A stretch of 64,000 bases of DNA from Rhabdothermincola salaria. GTDB lineage: Bacteria; Actinomycetota; Acidimicrobiia; Acidimicrobiales; Acidimicrobilacustridaceae. This document shows, piece after piece, positions 1 to 9,520 of the stretch (within the stretch, counting starts at the first letter, position 1; each line of letters starts with the position of its first letter). The stretch is from NCBI RefSeq assembly GCF_021246445.1, contig NZ_JAJQXW010000001.1:496001-560000 (forward strand), written 5' to 3'. A program made the position numbers and the translations under genes. Below the pieces are notes generated by a model that was not told where the DNA came from, did no database searches, and worked only from the letters and a program-made list of their open reading frames with translations.

Positions 1-58
1 CCGGGCGGCCTCTCTGCCGCCGTCTCGCCTCGGCGCTCGTTTCCATGGAGGAACCCCG

Positions 59-580
59 ATGACCGACACCGTGACCGGTGAGATGACCGAGACGTACAGC
101 CGCAAGGTCGGCGACCGTCTACGGGCCATCCGACGCCAGAAGCGGCTGAGCCTCCAGGACGTGGAGGCGGCGTCGGACCTCGAGTTCAAGGCGTCGGTGC
201 TGGGCGCGTACGAGCGCGGGGAGCGGGCCATCTCGGTCCCGCGCCTGCAGCGGCTGGCCCGCTTCTACAACGTCCCGGTCGATCAGCTGCTGCCCAACGA
301 CGACGGCCCCGCCTTCGCCGAGGACGGGCCCGCGATGGGCATCATCGACGAGCGCTCCTTCACCATCGACCTGCGCCGCCTCGAGGACCTCACCGGCCCC
401 GAGGCCGACATGTTGAACCGCTACCTGAGCATGATCCAGGTGCAACGCCAGGACTTCAACGGTCGGGTGCTCACCATCCGCAAGGACGACCTGCGAGCCA
501 TCGCCTGCATCCTCGGCGTGGGCCCGAGTTCGGCCACCGAGCGTCTCGGCGACCTGGGACTCGGCCACGGCGTCTCCTGA
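59..580 (+). CDS. bldD: BldD-like XRE-family transcriptional regulator with C-terminal c-di-GMP-binding domain
   Basis: N-terminal XRE HTH (GDRLRAIRRQKRLSLQDVE...GAYERGERAISVPRLQRLARFYNVPV) and C-terminal RQDFNGRVLTIRKDD align with Streptomyces BldD (RGDYNGKVLSIRQDD). GGAGGA RBS upstream; the ATG at 83 is an alternative start. Confidence 0.85.
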   Translation: MTDTVTGEMTETYSRKVGDRLRAIRRQKRLSLQDVEAASDLEFKASVLGAYERGERAISVPRLQRLARFYNVPVDQLLPNDDGPAFAEDGPAMGIIDERSFTIDLRRLEDLTGPEADMLNRYLSMIQVQRQDFNGRVLTIRKDDLRAIACILGVGPSSATERLGDLGLGHGVS

Positions 581-584
581 CCCG

Positions 585-1682
585 GTGACGTCGGCCCCCC
601 TCGGGGCGCCCGCCCCGGCCTTCGGCGTCTACGTCCACATCCCGTTCTGCGCTCGTCGCTGCGACTACTGCGCGTTCGCCACCTGGACCGACCGCCACCA
701 CCTGACTGACGCCTACCTCGGCGCCGTGCGCGCCGACATCGACGGTCACCGTCGCTCGGGGGCCATGGGCCCCGCCACCTCCGTGTTCGTCGGCGGTGGC
801 ACCCCGTCGCTGGTGCCGGCGGCCGACCTCGTCGCCGTGCTGGCCGGCATCCCGCTGGCCCCGGGCGCCGAGGTCACCGTCGAGTGCAACCCCGACACCG
901 TCGACGAGCACTCGCTGGCGACCTATCGGGCCGGCGGGGTGACCCGGCTCTCGTTCGGCGTGCAGTCGATGGTGCCCGAGGTGCTCGTCGCCCTCGGACG
1001 TTCCCACGACCCCGACAACGTCAGGCGCGCCGTGGACGCGGCGCGAGCCGTCGGGTTCGAGACGTTCAACCTCGATCTCATCTACGGCGGTGCGGGCGAG
1101 ACGCTGGCGCAGTGGCGCACCACCCTGGAGGCGGTGGTGGCCCTCGACCCGCCTCATGTGAGCGCCTACGCCTTGACCGTCGAGGCCGGTACCCCGTTGG
1201 CCGCCGACCCGGCCCGTCACCCCGACGACGACGATCAGGCCGACAAGTACCTCATGGCCGACGAGGTCCTGGGCGCCTCCGGGTTGGAGAACTACGAGAT
1301 CTCCAACTGGGCCCGTGCGGGGCACCGTTGCCGCCACAACGAGCTCTACTGGGCGCAGGGCGACTACCTGGGCGTTGGTTGTGCCGCCCACTCGCATCGG
1401 GGCGGGCGCCGGTGGTGGAACCTGCGCACCCCGGAGCGCTACATCGAGGCGGTGCAGGCCGGCGAGTCCACCGAGGCGGCCCACGAGGACCTCGACGACG
1501 ACCGCCGGCGCATCGAGGGGCTGCAGCTGTCGTTGCGCACCGGGGCCGGCGTGCCCGAAGCGGCGCTGGCCGCCGACGACCTGGCGGTGCTCGACGGGCT
1601 GGTCGAGCACCGCGCCGGTCGGATCCGGCTGACCGTCGAGGGTCGTCTCCTGGCCAACGAGGTGGCCGTCCGCCTGCGCTGA
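585..1682 (+). CDS. hemW: Radical SAM heme chaperone HemW (HemN-like)
   Basis: YVHIPFCARRCDYCAF radical SAM motif with the HemW-type His, GGGTPS, and YEISNW...HNELYW. Confidence 0.9.
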   Translation: MTSAPLGAPAPAFGVYVHIPFCARRCDYCAFATWTDRHHLTDAYLGAVRADIDGHRRSGAMGPATSVFVGGGTPSLVPAADLVAVLAGIPLAPGAEVTVECNPDTVDEHSLATYRAGGVTRLSFGVQSMVPEVLVALGRSHDPDNVRRAVDAARAVGFETFNLDLIYGGAGETLAQWRTTLEAVVALDPPHVSAYALTVEAGTPLAADPARHPDDDDQADKYLMADEVLGASGLENYEISNWARAGHRCRHNELYWAQGDYLGVGCAAHSHRGGRRWWNLRTPERYIEAVQAGESTEAAHEDLDDDRRRIEGLQLSLRTGAGVPEAALAADDLAVLDGLVEHRAGRIRLTVEGRLLANEVAVRLR

Positions 1683-1690
1683 CGGCATCG

Positions 1691-2626
1691 TCAACGGGTG
1701 GTCGTCGACGGGTCGGGCAGGTCGAACACCTGCCCCACCATCACCAGGTCGGGATCGGAGGGCACCACCAGCCGATCGCGGTTGGTCTCGACGAGGGCGG
1801 TGAGATAGGTCGCCACCTCCTGGTCGGCCGGTGGACGAGCGAGGTGGTCGGTGAGGACGGCCGTGGCCACGTGCCAGAGGTGTTCGCCGGGTTGGATCCG
1901 CCACGTGGCCTGGGGGTCCGTCGGCCGCGCGGGGGTCGCCTCGGGGTCTGCCGGGGTCGGGGCGGGTTCGGCGGGGGCTGGGTCCGTGGACGGCAGGTCG
2001 GACCCGATGCCGGGTGGGATGTCGTCGAGGGCCATCACCACGGCTCGCTCGGTGGGGCCCGTGGCGGACGGGCCTGTGGTGGCGGGGCCCGTGGCGGACG
2101 GGCCTGTGGTGGAGGGGGTCGCGGCGACGGCCGTGTCGGCCACGGGCCGGTCGGGGAGCACCATCACCGTGGCGACCTGGCGAGCGGGCTCGCCCGTGGC
2201 GGCGGCCGCCGCGCCCGGGGCGAGGGTGGCGGTGGCCAGGGCCACGCCGGCGGCGGTGTGCACCAGGCGTCGCACCGCCGGCAGGCAGAGGCGATCGACG
2301 AAACCCACCAGCCGGCGTCGTCGCCGCAGCGGGCTGCGGTGCACGACGAGGCCGAGGACGCCGGTGGCGGCGGTCCAGGTGATGAGGCCCAGGCCGACGA
2401 GGCGCACCACGGCGAACGCGGCGACGATCGGGTCGGTGGTGGTGAGCCACTGGACGAAGCCCTGGTGGTCGTAGGTGTCGGGACCGGGCAGGGCGTGCCC
2501 CGTCCACCACAGCACGCCGGCCACCACGGCGAGGACGGCTGCGCCGAGCACCAACGTGCGGGTCGGCCGGGTCGGCGCGGGTGCGCTCGCGGCGGCGGAA
2601 CCGGCAGGAGGATGGATCGTACTCAT
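1691..2626 (-). CDS. Membrane-anchored LysM domain protein
   Basis: N-terminal TM helices, Pro/Thr/Ala linker, C-terminal LysM (WRIQPGEHLWHVA...DPDLVMVGQVFDLP). The ATG at 2626 overlaps the upstream stop (ATGA). Confidence 0.8.
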   Translation of the reverse strand: MSTIHPPAGSAAASAPAPTRPTRTLVLGAAVLAVVAGVLWWTGHALPGPDTYDHQGFVQWLTTTDPIVAAFAVVRLVGLGLITWTAATGVLGLVVHRSPLRRRRRLVGFVDRLCLPAVRRLVHTAAGVALATATLAPGAAAAATGEPARQVATVMVLPDRPVADTAVAATPSTTGPSATGPATTGPSATGPTERAVVMALDDIPPGIGSDLPSTDPAPAEPAPTPADPEATPARPTDPQATWRIQPGEHLWHVATAVLTDHLARPPADQEVATYLTALVETNRDRLVVPSDPDLVMVGQVFDLPDPSTTTR

Positions 2627-4269
2627 CGCCAGGCCTCCGGACCGAAGGCGGTGGTGGTCCCCTGGGCGTCGCTCACGACCAGTGGCGTGCAGCCGGCGGT
2701 GTCGGGTTCCCCTGCCTGCAGGGCCACGCCGCCGGCGACGCTGGTGCCCGGTTCGGTGGCGTGGGGGACCCCCGGTTCGGGCCACGACCAGAACACGAAG
2801 AGGGCGCCGGTCTCGGGGCGCAGCACGGCGGGCACCTCGCGACCTGTGCAGTGCCAGTCGCCCACGGCCACCACGTCGCCGGGACCGCCCACTGCATAGC
2901 GGCGGCCGCCGTGCTCGACGACCGTGGCCTCCCCCTCGGGCGGGGTCGTCTCGGTGGTGGTGCTCGCGTCCGGTGCCGGCTGCGGCCCGCGACTCGCGGC
3001 CTCGGTGTGGTCGGTGGCGGGGGCGTCCGATCGGGCGGGGTCGGCGCTGGTGACGGTGGTGGGCGCTGGTGGGTCCGCCACCGACGGGGCCGGCGCCGTG
3101 GCCGAGGAGGTGCCACCCAGCCAGGCCGACACACCGAAGAAGGCGGCGAGCGACATGGCGGCGACGCCTCCGACCGCGGCGACGGGCCCGACCGGGAGTG
3201 GCCGCCGTGCGGGGTCGTCGTCCGGCCGTAGTCGGGCGATGTCGCCGAAGAGGCGGTCGGAGGGGTGGACGGGGTCATCGGCCCGGGGCGAGTCGATGAC
3301 CACTCTGGTCGCGCCGCCGAACTGGCCCGGGATGGGCTCCGAGGGCCGGGGGTCGGCGCCCTCGCGGCGGTCGGGGTCTCGACGAGTTCCTTGCGGCGGA
3401 GACCCGTCGTCTCGGTGGTGGTCGTTGTCGGCGACGAGGTCGACGCGGTCGGCGGGTGCGAGCCGTCCACGGTCGACGTCGCCGAGGAGACGGATGAGGG
3501 GATCGACGGCGCCGTCGGCGGTGCTCGTCGGGGCGGGCGCTTCCGTCGTCTCGTCGGGGCCGTCCGCCCCGCGGGTCGGACCGGACCCCCACGGGCGGCC
3601 GAGCGCAGCCTCGGGCACGGCCCGGCGAACGGCGTCGACGAACGCCTGCAGCCCTGGTCGGCAGGTGGGGTCGGGACCCGTGGCCTGGGCGGCCACTCCG
3701 AGCAGCGCCCGCCGCTGGGCCCGGGTGCGGCGGTCGTCGCGGCGGCGCCGACCGTCGGCCTCCGTCGCTCGAGTGGTCGAGGCGCCACCGCCGTCGGCGT
3801 CGAGCAGGTCGGCCAGGAGGCGGCCGAGCCCGGCGACGTCGTCGGAGGGGCGGACGGGATCTCGACCGTCGTCGCGTGCGTCGAGGCGCCGGGCGTCGCC
3901 GAAGCCGCAGAGGACCGGTCGACCGTAGGGGTCGAGCAGCACGTGGCTGGGATCGAGGCCGCCGTGGACCACCCCGAGGCCGTGCAGGTCCCGCACGGTC
4001 GCCGCCACCGCCACGACCAGCCCGGCCGCCCGGGCGGGGGTGAGCGGCCGGGCGAGGTCGGCCGTGGACCGGCTCCCGACCCACCGGGTGTGGACCTCCG
4101 GTTCGCCGTCGGCGTCCACCAGGCCGACGAGCTCCACCACGCCCGGGTGGTGAAGACCATCGAGGATCGCTGCTTCCCGCCGGCCCCGGTCGGGTTCGTC
4201 GGGTGGGGGCGACTTCGCCGCCACCAGTCGACCACCGTCGTCGTGCACCACTCGGACCCGATCTCCCAT
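2623..4269 (-). CDS. Degenerate Ser/Thr kinase-like (pseudokinase) membrane protein
   Basis: REAAILDGLHHPGVVEL, VVHGGLDPSHVLL and VLCGFG (HRD and DFG altered), DDVAGLG; one TM helix and an extracellular GDWHCTG domain. Start uncertain; the ORF is open to 4413. Confidence 0.7.
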   Translation of the reverse strand: MGDRVRVVHDDGGRLVAAKSPPPDEPDRGRREAAILDGLHHPGVVELVGLVDADGEPEVHTRWVGSRSTADLARPLTPARAAGLVVAVAATVRDLHGLGVVHGGLDPSHVLLDPYGRPVLCGFGDARRLDARDDGRDPVRPSDDVAGLGRLLADLLDADGGGASTTRATEADGRRRRDDRRTRAQRRALLGVAAQATGPDPTCRPGLQAFVDAVRRAVPEAALGRPWGSGPTRGADGPDETTEAPAPTSTADGAVDPLIRLLGDVDRGRLAPADRVDLVADNDHHRDDGSPPQGTRRDPDRREGADPRPSEPIPGQFGGATRVVIDSPRADDPVHPSDRLFGDIARLRPDDDPARRPLPVGPVAAVGGVAAMSLAAFFGVSAWLGGTSSATAPAPSVADPPAPTTVTSADPARSDAPATDHTEAASRGPQPAPDASTTTETTPPEGEATVVEHGGRRYAVGGPGDVVAVGDWHCTGREVPAVLRPETGALFVFWSWPEPGVPHATEPGTSVAGGVALQAGEPDTAGCTPLVVSDAQGTTTAFGPEAWR

Positions 4270-4405
4270 ACCGGCAGTGTTGACCCCAGAACAACGGAAA
4301 AGCAATGAAAAACTCGAAAAGGTCTGAGGTGATCGAACACGCGAGGCGGAGCACGTTCCGGCACGTAGCCTGGGAGCGTCCGCGGCACAGGGAGTCGGCC
4401 CAGGG

Positions 4406-5050
4406 GTGAGCACGCACTACGAGGTGCTGGGCGTGGCGGCCACCGCCAGTCCCGAGGCCATTCGAGGCGCCTATGTGGCCATTGCCAAGGCCAACCACCC
4501 CGACCGGCGTGCGTCGGATGATCCGGCCCGCCGGGCCGCGGCCGACGCCACCATGAAGCGGGCCAACCAGGCGTGGTTCGTCCTGCGCGATCCCGGTCGC
4601 CGCTCCGAGTACGACCGCACGCTGTCCCGGCCGGCGACGGCCCCGTCGTCATCGACCGCGTCGGCGCGGCCATCGGGCGGGGTGGGGGGCGAGCGCATCG
4701 CGTCGGGGGTCGTCGTGCCCGCGGCCCATGCCGGCTTCTTCCGGTGGGTGCCCGTCGTCGTCGCCGTCGTGGTGCTGGGCGGGATCCTCGTCTTCAGCGC
4801 CTACGCCACGTCCCAGGACACCACCACCCCGACCGGTCCGACGACCACCGCGCCGACGTTCCCCGTGGGGTCGTGCGTCCTCGTGGCCGCGCTCGACACC
4901 GGCCCGCAGCCGGTGAAGGTGGCGTGCGGCACCGGCAACTCGGCTCGGGTGGACTCCATCGTGGCGACACCCCGGCCGTGCCCGCCCGACAGCGTGGGCC
5001 TCCCCCTCGACGACAACCGCACCACCCTGTGCCTGAAGAGCACCCGCTGA
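4406..5050 (+). CDS. J-domain (DnaJ-like) membrane protein
   Basis: THYEVLGV...AKANHPD J-domain with HPD motif, TM helix, C-terminal Cys-containing extracellular domain. Confidence 0.85.
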   Translation: MSTHYEVLGVAATASPEAIRGAYVAIAKANHPDRRASDDPARRAAADATMKRANQAWFVLRDPGRRSEYDRTLSRPATAPSSSTASARPSGGVGGERIASGVVVPAAHAGFFRWVPVVVAVVVLGGILVFSAYATSQDTTTPTGPTTTAPTFPVGSCVLVAALDTGPQPVKVACGTGNSARVDSIVATPRPCPPDSVGLPLDDNRTTLCLKSTR

Positions 5051-5077
5051 CTCGGTGCGGTTCCTAGGCTGGACCCC

Positions 5078-5452
5078 GTGCTGCGTGCCACCGGACTCGA
5101 TCATGTCGTGCTCAACGTCGCCGACGCCCGCCGGTCGCTCGCCTGGTGGCGAGATCTGCTGGGGGCCGAGGCGGTCCGTCTCGAGGAGTGGGAGGCGGGC
5201 GACGCGCCGTTCCTCTCCGTGCGCCTCGACGCCACGACGATCATCGACCTGTTCGAGACGGAACGAACGGGCGTGAACGCCGATCACCTCTGCGTGGTGG
5301 TCGAGGGGGGCGACCTCGCCGAGGTGGCGGCCTCGGGCACCTTCGACGTGCTCGGGGCGCCGGCCACCCTGTTCGGCGCGCAGGGTTGGGGCACGGGGCT
5401 GTACGTGCGCGACCCCGACGGCAACACCGTGGAGCTGCGCACCTACCCCTGA
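5078..5452 (+). CDS. VOC/glyoxalase family protein
   Basis: LDHVVLNV...DHLCVVV...LYVRDPDGNTVELR. Confidence 0.85.
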   Translation: MLRATGLDHVVLNVADARRSLAWWRDLLGAEAVRLEEWEAGDAPFLSVRLDATTIIDLFETERTGVNADHLCVVVEGGDLAEVAASGTFDVLGAPATLFGAQGWGTGLYVRDPDGNTVELRTYP

Positions 5453-5526
5453 CGCGATCGACGCCCCACGGGACGCCCGGCCCCGGTTGGGCGCCTCTCG
5501 TCGGCTGGGATAGGGTCATCGGCCCC

Positions 5527-5600
5527 GGGCGTATGGCTCAGTTGGCTAGAGCGCTGCCTTCACACGGCAGAGGTCACAGGTTCGAGTCCTGTTACGCCCA
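5527..5600 (+). tRNA. tRNA-Val(CAC)
   Basis: Acceptor stem GGGCGTA/TACGCCC, D-arm GCTCAGTTGGCTAGAGC, anticodon arm CTGCC-TT-CAC-AC-GGCAG, T-arm ACAGG-TTCGAGT-CCTGT; no encoded CCA. Confidence 0.97.
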
Positions 5601-5605
5601 CCCGG

Positions 5606-5631
5606 AAGCCCCGCCATCGGCGGGGCTTTCT
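5606..5631 (+). terminator. Intrinsic terminator-like hairpin after tRNA-Val
   Basis: AAGCCCCGCC-ATC-GGCGGGGCTT followed by a short pyrimidine tail. Confidence 0.7.
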
Positions 5632-5737
5632 ACGCGTACGGGGCACTGTGCCGCGGACGTACCGCGAGCCCGTCGGGGCACACGGATCGCCGCCCGGCTC
5701 GACCGCCTCAGGACGGCGGCTCAGGTAAGTCGGGGGG

Positions 5738-6127
5738 TCACCGTCGGCCGAGCAGGGCGGACAGCTCGTCGCTGACGTCGCCGAGGGCGGTGATGCCGCC
5801 CTGGCGGTAGGCCACCCAGGACGGTCCTGGGTCGAGCGAGGCGTCGGCCGCGTCCTGCCAGGCCTCCAGGAGTGACTGCACCAGGGCGAGCAGCGACACG
5901 GTGTCGACCACTCCGTGGGTGCGGGCGGCGCGCTGGGCTTCGGCCAGCGCAGCCATCCGCCCCTCGGCGTGCTTGACCGTGGCGGCGCCGTCACGCCCGT
6001 CGATGCGGCAGAGGGGTGCCCCGCCGCTCGCGGCCGTGAGGTCGGCCTCGGCTCGGGCTCGAGCCTGCGCGAGCAGGTCCAGTGGGTCCTGCACGACTTC
6101 GACGCTATCGGGTCGCGAGGGGAGCAC
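5738..6127 (-). CDS. Hypothetical protein
   Basis: Helical, protein-like composition (LCRIDG...KHAEGR...WVAYRQGG); AGGAG RBS upstream. Confidence 0.6.
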   Translation of the reverse strand: MLPSRPDSVEVVQDPLDLLAQARARAEADLTAASGGAPLCRIDGRDGAATVKHAEGRMAALAEAQRAARTHGVVDTVSLLALVQSLLEAWQDAADASLDPGPSWVAYRQGGITALGDVSDELSALLGRR

Positions 6128-6275
6128 GCTCCTGCGCGCCGGGCGGGTGATGCTCGCCTCTCGGTCGCCTGGCGCGGCCGCAGGGTCGGCGGATCATCCT
6201 CGCTCTCGCACATGGTGCGATCGGCGTCGTTCCGGGGACTTCGTGCCCTGTGATCAACGCCGACAGGTGCAGACG

Positions 6276-7628
6276 ATGCCAGCAGTGACCTCCCCTGCGA
6301 CAGCCTCCCGTCGCCAGCGGATCCTGGCGGCAGCTGCAGCCCTGCTCGGTCTGCTCGCGCTCGTGGTGCTGGTGGCCGTGCCGGCTCGCCCGGCCGGCGC
6401 CCAAGAGGATGGTGGTCGGGATGGGGTCGATCGCTCCGAGGTGGTGGTCGAGGTCTTCTGGGGCGATGGGTGCCCGCACTGCGAGGCCCTCCTGCAGTTC
6501 CTCGACGAGCTCACCGGTCGCGTCGACGGGGTGACGGTGGTCGCACGAGAGGTCTGGTACGACCGGGCCGCCCAGCAGCTCATGGGGGAGCGGGCCCGGG
6601 CCATCGGTGTCCGCTCCGACGCGGTGCCGTTGACCATCGTGGGCGATCAGGCGTGGGTTGGCTACAGCGGACCGATCGGTGCCCAGATCGAGGCCGCCGT
6701 CCTCCGCCAGCGTGGGGGAGCTGCGCCGGCACCGAGCGGTGGCGACGCGGTGCCCGATGCCGGGGAGGCGACGGTCATCGACGTCCCGCTCGTGGGCGAG
6801 GTCGACGTGCAGGGTCGTTCGTTGCTGGTGGCCACCGCACTCATCGCCGTGGTCGACGGGTTGAACCCCTGCTCGCTGTGGGTCCTGACCATGCTGCTGG
6901 CTCTGGTGTTGCACACCGGTTCGCGCCGGCGAGTGGCCGCGATCGGCGGCACGTTCCTGTTCGTGACCACTCTCGTCTACGGCTTGTTCATCGTCGGGGT
7001 GTACGGGGCGATGTCGCTCGTCGGCTCGCTCGGCTGGATCCGGGCACTGGTCGCCGTGTTCGCCATCTGCTTCGGGCTGGTGAACGTCAAGGACTACCTG
7101 TGGTTCGGCGCCGGTCCATCGCTCACCATCGCTGATGAGCGAAAGCCACGCCTGTACCGGCGCGCCCGTTCCCTGGCCGGGGCCGATCTGGCCTTGCCGG
7201 CGGCGCTGGTCGCCGCGGCGGTGATGGCTGCCGGGGTGGCCCTGGTCGAGTTGCCGTGCACCGCCGGGTTCCCGGTGGTGTGGAGCGATCTGGTCGCCAA
7301 CACGGGTGCGTCGGGAGCGACCTTCGGGGTGCTGTTGGCGGTCTACCTCGTCGTCTACCTGCTCGACGAGCTGGTGGTCTTCGGTGCGGCGGTGGTCACG
7401 ATGCGGGTGACCAAGCTCCAGGAACGCCACGGGCGGGCCCTCAAGCTGGTCGGCGGGATGGTGATGATCGTGATCGGCTTCACCATCGTCACCGCCCCAC
7501 AGGTCCTCGAGGAGCCCGTCGGGTCCCTGGTCGTCTTCCTCGTCGCTGCGGGACTGAGTGCGCTGGTGGTCCTGGTGGATCGAGTCGTCCGGCGGCGCCT
7601 CCCGGCGCGGTCGGAGTCGGGCCGCTGA
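6276..7628 (+). CDS. Glutaredoxin-domain / DsbD-CcdA-like membrane redox protein
   Basis: Signal peptide, FWGDGCPHC thioredoxin-fold motif, then a multi-TM domain with DGLNPC and ELPCT cysteines. Confidence 0.8.
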   Translation: MPAVTSPATASRRQRILAAAAALLGLLALVVLVAVPARPAGAQEDGGRDGVDRSEVVVEVFWGDGCPHCEALLQFLDELTGRVDGVTVVAREVWYDRAAQQLMGERARAIGVRSDAVPLTIVGDQAWVGYSGPIGAQIEAAVLRQRGGAAPAPSGGDAVPDAGEATVIDVPLVGEVDVQGRSLLVATALIAVVDGLNPCSLWVLTMLLALVLHTGSRRRVAAIGGTFLFVTTLVYGLFIVGVYGAMSLVGSLGWIRALVAVFAICFGLVNVKDYLWFGAGPSLTIADERKPRLYRRARSLAGADLALPAALVAAAVMAAGVALVELPCTAGFPVVWSDLVANTGASGATFGVLLAVYLVVYLLDELVVFGAAVVTMRVTKLQERHGRALKLVGGMVMIVIGFTIVTAPQVLEEPVGSLVVFLVAAGLSALVVLVDRVVRRRLPARSESGR

Positions 7629-7638
7629 CTCCGGCAGC

Positions 7639-8316
7639 TCAGCCGGAGAGCCCGGAGAGGCCGTTGCCGAGGACCTTGGCGCCGAGCAGCAGCAACACCA
7701 CGGTCATGATGGCGGCGTTGTGGTCGGTCATGAACCGACGCACGGAGCGGAGGCTCCGGGAGGCAGGGGCCGGGGCGACGAGGGAGAACACCACCGACCC
7801 GACCACGCTGAGCGAAGCGATGGCGACGAAGGCCGCCACCGCCAGCGCCTCACCATCGGCCTCGAGCCCGGCCTGGGCGATGGAGGCGGCGGCGGCCAGG
7901 GTGAGCACCAGGTTCTTGGGGTTGGCCGCCGAGAGGGCCAGGCCGAGCACCAACGCCCGGCCGGGGCCCATGGCGTCGATGCCGGCCATCCAGCCGGGCA
8001 TCTCGGGGGTGCTGCCCGGCGCCGGTCGCTTGCGCCACTGGCGGCCCGCCATGGTGAACAGCGCGACGGCGAGGGCCATCTGCAGCCAGTTCACGCCGGT
8101 CGCGACGTCGGAGTCGGGGTCGCTGGCCCCTCCGGCGACGAGGACCACGAGCACGCTCACCACGCTGAGCCCGACCACCCAGCCCACCGCGAACGTCGGT
8201 CCTGCGGACCGGGCCCGGGGGCCGGCCAGCACCATCACCACCGCCACGACCGGGAAGGGACTGAGAGCGACCGCCATCGCCGTGGGTAGCAGATCGGCGA
8301 TCGCGTCGACGGTCAT
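7639..8316 (-). CDS. GAP/Sap family membrane protein (LysE superfamily)
   Basis: AVALSPFPVVAVV...WRKRP...PGWM...ANPKNL motif pattern. Confidence 0.8.
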   Translation of the reverse strand: MTVDAIADLLPTAMAVALSPFPVVAVVMVLAGPRARSAGPTFAVGWVVGLSVVSVLVVLVAGGASDPDSDVATGVNWLQMALAVALFTMAGRQWRKRPAPGSTPEMPGWMAGIDAMGPGRALVLGLALSAANPKNLVLTLAAAASIAQAGLEADGEALAVAAFVAIASLSVVGSVVFSLVAPAPASRSLRSVRRFMTDHNAAIMTVVLLLLGAKVLGNGLSGLSG

Positions 8317-8406
8317 CGTGGGGAGTCTGGCAGCGGCGTCGGGCCTGGTGGGTGAGCGCCCGCCCGATGCCCGACAACAGGCGGTCCGCGTGCCAGGATT
8401 CCCGCC

Positions 8407-9387
8407 GTGTTGAGCCTCTCCGATGCCGACATCGCCCGCATGCGGGGCCAGCTCTTCTTCGAGGGCGACGGAGCCGCCCACAAGCTGAGCCGCTACTGGT
8501 TGCTGTTGTTGTTGGCCGCGGTGATCGCGTCGGCGGGGGTGGTGGCGGACTCCACCGCCACCGTCATCGGCGCCATGATCGTGGCGCCGCTCATGGTGCC
8601 CATCCTCGGCACCCTGCTCGGGGTGGTCCTCGCCGATCGCGACAACCTCATCCGCTGCGTCGTGCTCGTGGTGGCCGGTTCGGCCGCGGTGGTCGGTGTC
8701 GGCTACCTGCTCGGGGTGCTGGTCGAGCCGATCGTGGCAGCCTCCACCAACGGCCAGGTGGCCGGTCGGGTGTCGCCTCGCCTGGTGGACCTGATCGCCG
8801 CCCTCGCGACCGGGGCGGTCGGGTCCGTCGCCCTCGCCCGGGAGGACATCTCCGACACGCTGCCCGGCGTCGCCATCTCCATCTCGCTCGTGCCGCCCCT
8901 GGCCGTGGTGGGCCTGACGCTGGAGTCGGGGGCGCCCGAAGAAGCGTTCGGGGCGCTGCTGTTGTTCCTCACCAACGTGAGCGCCATCCTCGGCAGTGGC
9001 CTGGCGGTCATGGCCGCCTACCGGGTGCACCGTCTGGTGGAGCCCCGACCCGAGGGGTCGGTCCGGACGCTCCGCCGGGGTCGGGCCACCGCGGCGATCA
9101 TCGTGAGCCTCGTGGTCATCTCCATCCCTTTGGGGCTGACCTCGGCCCGGGTGACCGCCGACCGCAACACCGAGGCGACCGTCGACCAGGTGGTCGGCTC
9201 CTGGGCCGAAGCCGCCGGCTGGGACCTCGTGGGCATCACGACCACGTCCGAGGGAGTGTCCGTGAGGGTCACCGGCCAACTGCCCGAACCCGAGGTGGGG
9301 GACCTGCGCGCCGAGCTCGACACGGCCGGCCTGGCCGGCACGGAAGTGGAGCTCGAGCTCATCCCGGTGACCCGCCTCACCCTCTGA
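8407..9387 (+). CDS. DUF389 family membrane protein
   Basis: IASAGVVADSTATVIGAMIVAPLM and LPGVAISISLVPPL signatures. Confidence 0.85.
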   Translation: MLSLSDADIARMRGQLFFEGDGAAHKLSRYWLLLLLAAVIASAGVVADSTATVIGAMIVAPLMVPILGTLLGVVLADRDNLIRCVVLVVAGSAAVVGVGYLLGVLVEPIVAASTNGQVAGRVSPRLVDLIAALATGAVGSVALAREDISDTLPGVAISISLVPPLAVVGLTLESGAPEEAFGALLLFLTNVSAILGSGLAVMAAYRVHRLVEPRPEGSVRTLRRGRATAAIIVSLVVISIPLGLTSARVTADRNTEATVDQVVGSWAEAAGWDLVGITTTSEGVSVRVTGQLPEPEVGDLRAELDTAGLAGTEVELELIPVTRLTL

Positions 9388-9520
9388 AGCCAGATCCCGG
9401 CCGGCGCCGGTTGGGTCGAAAGGCCCTGCGTCCGCGACGAGGCCGGCGGGTAGGGTCGAACCCGGAGTGCCGGGAAGTCTGGTCGGCTCGTATTCGTGGA
9501 CCGCCGACGAAAGGCGACCG

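Noticed and set aside
2052..2112. 30-bp repeat inside the LysM gene
   Set aside because: In-frame low-complexity linker (TTGPSATGP), ordinary for this protein type.
4330..4362. LexA SOS box upstream of the pseudokinase-LysM genes
   Set aside because: TCGAAC half-site is present but there is no GTTCGA at the N4 spacing.
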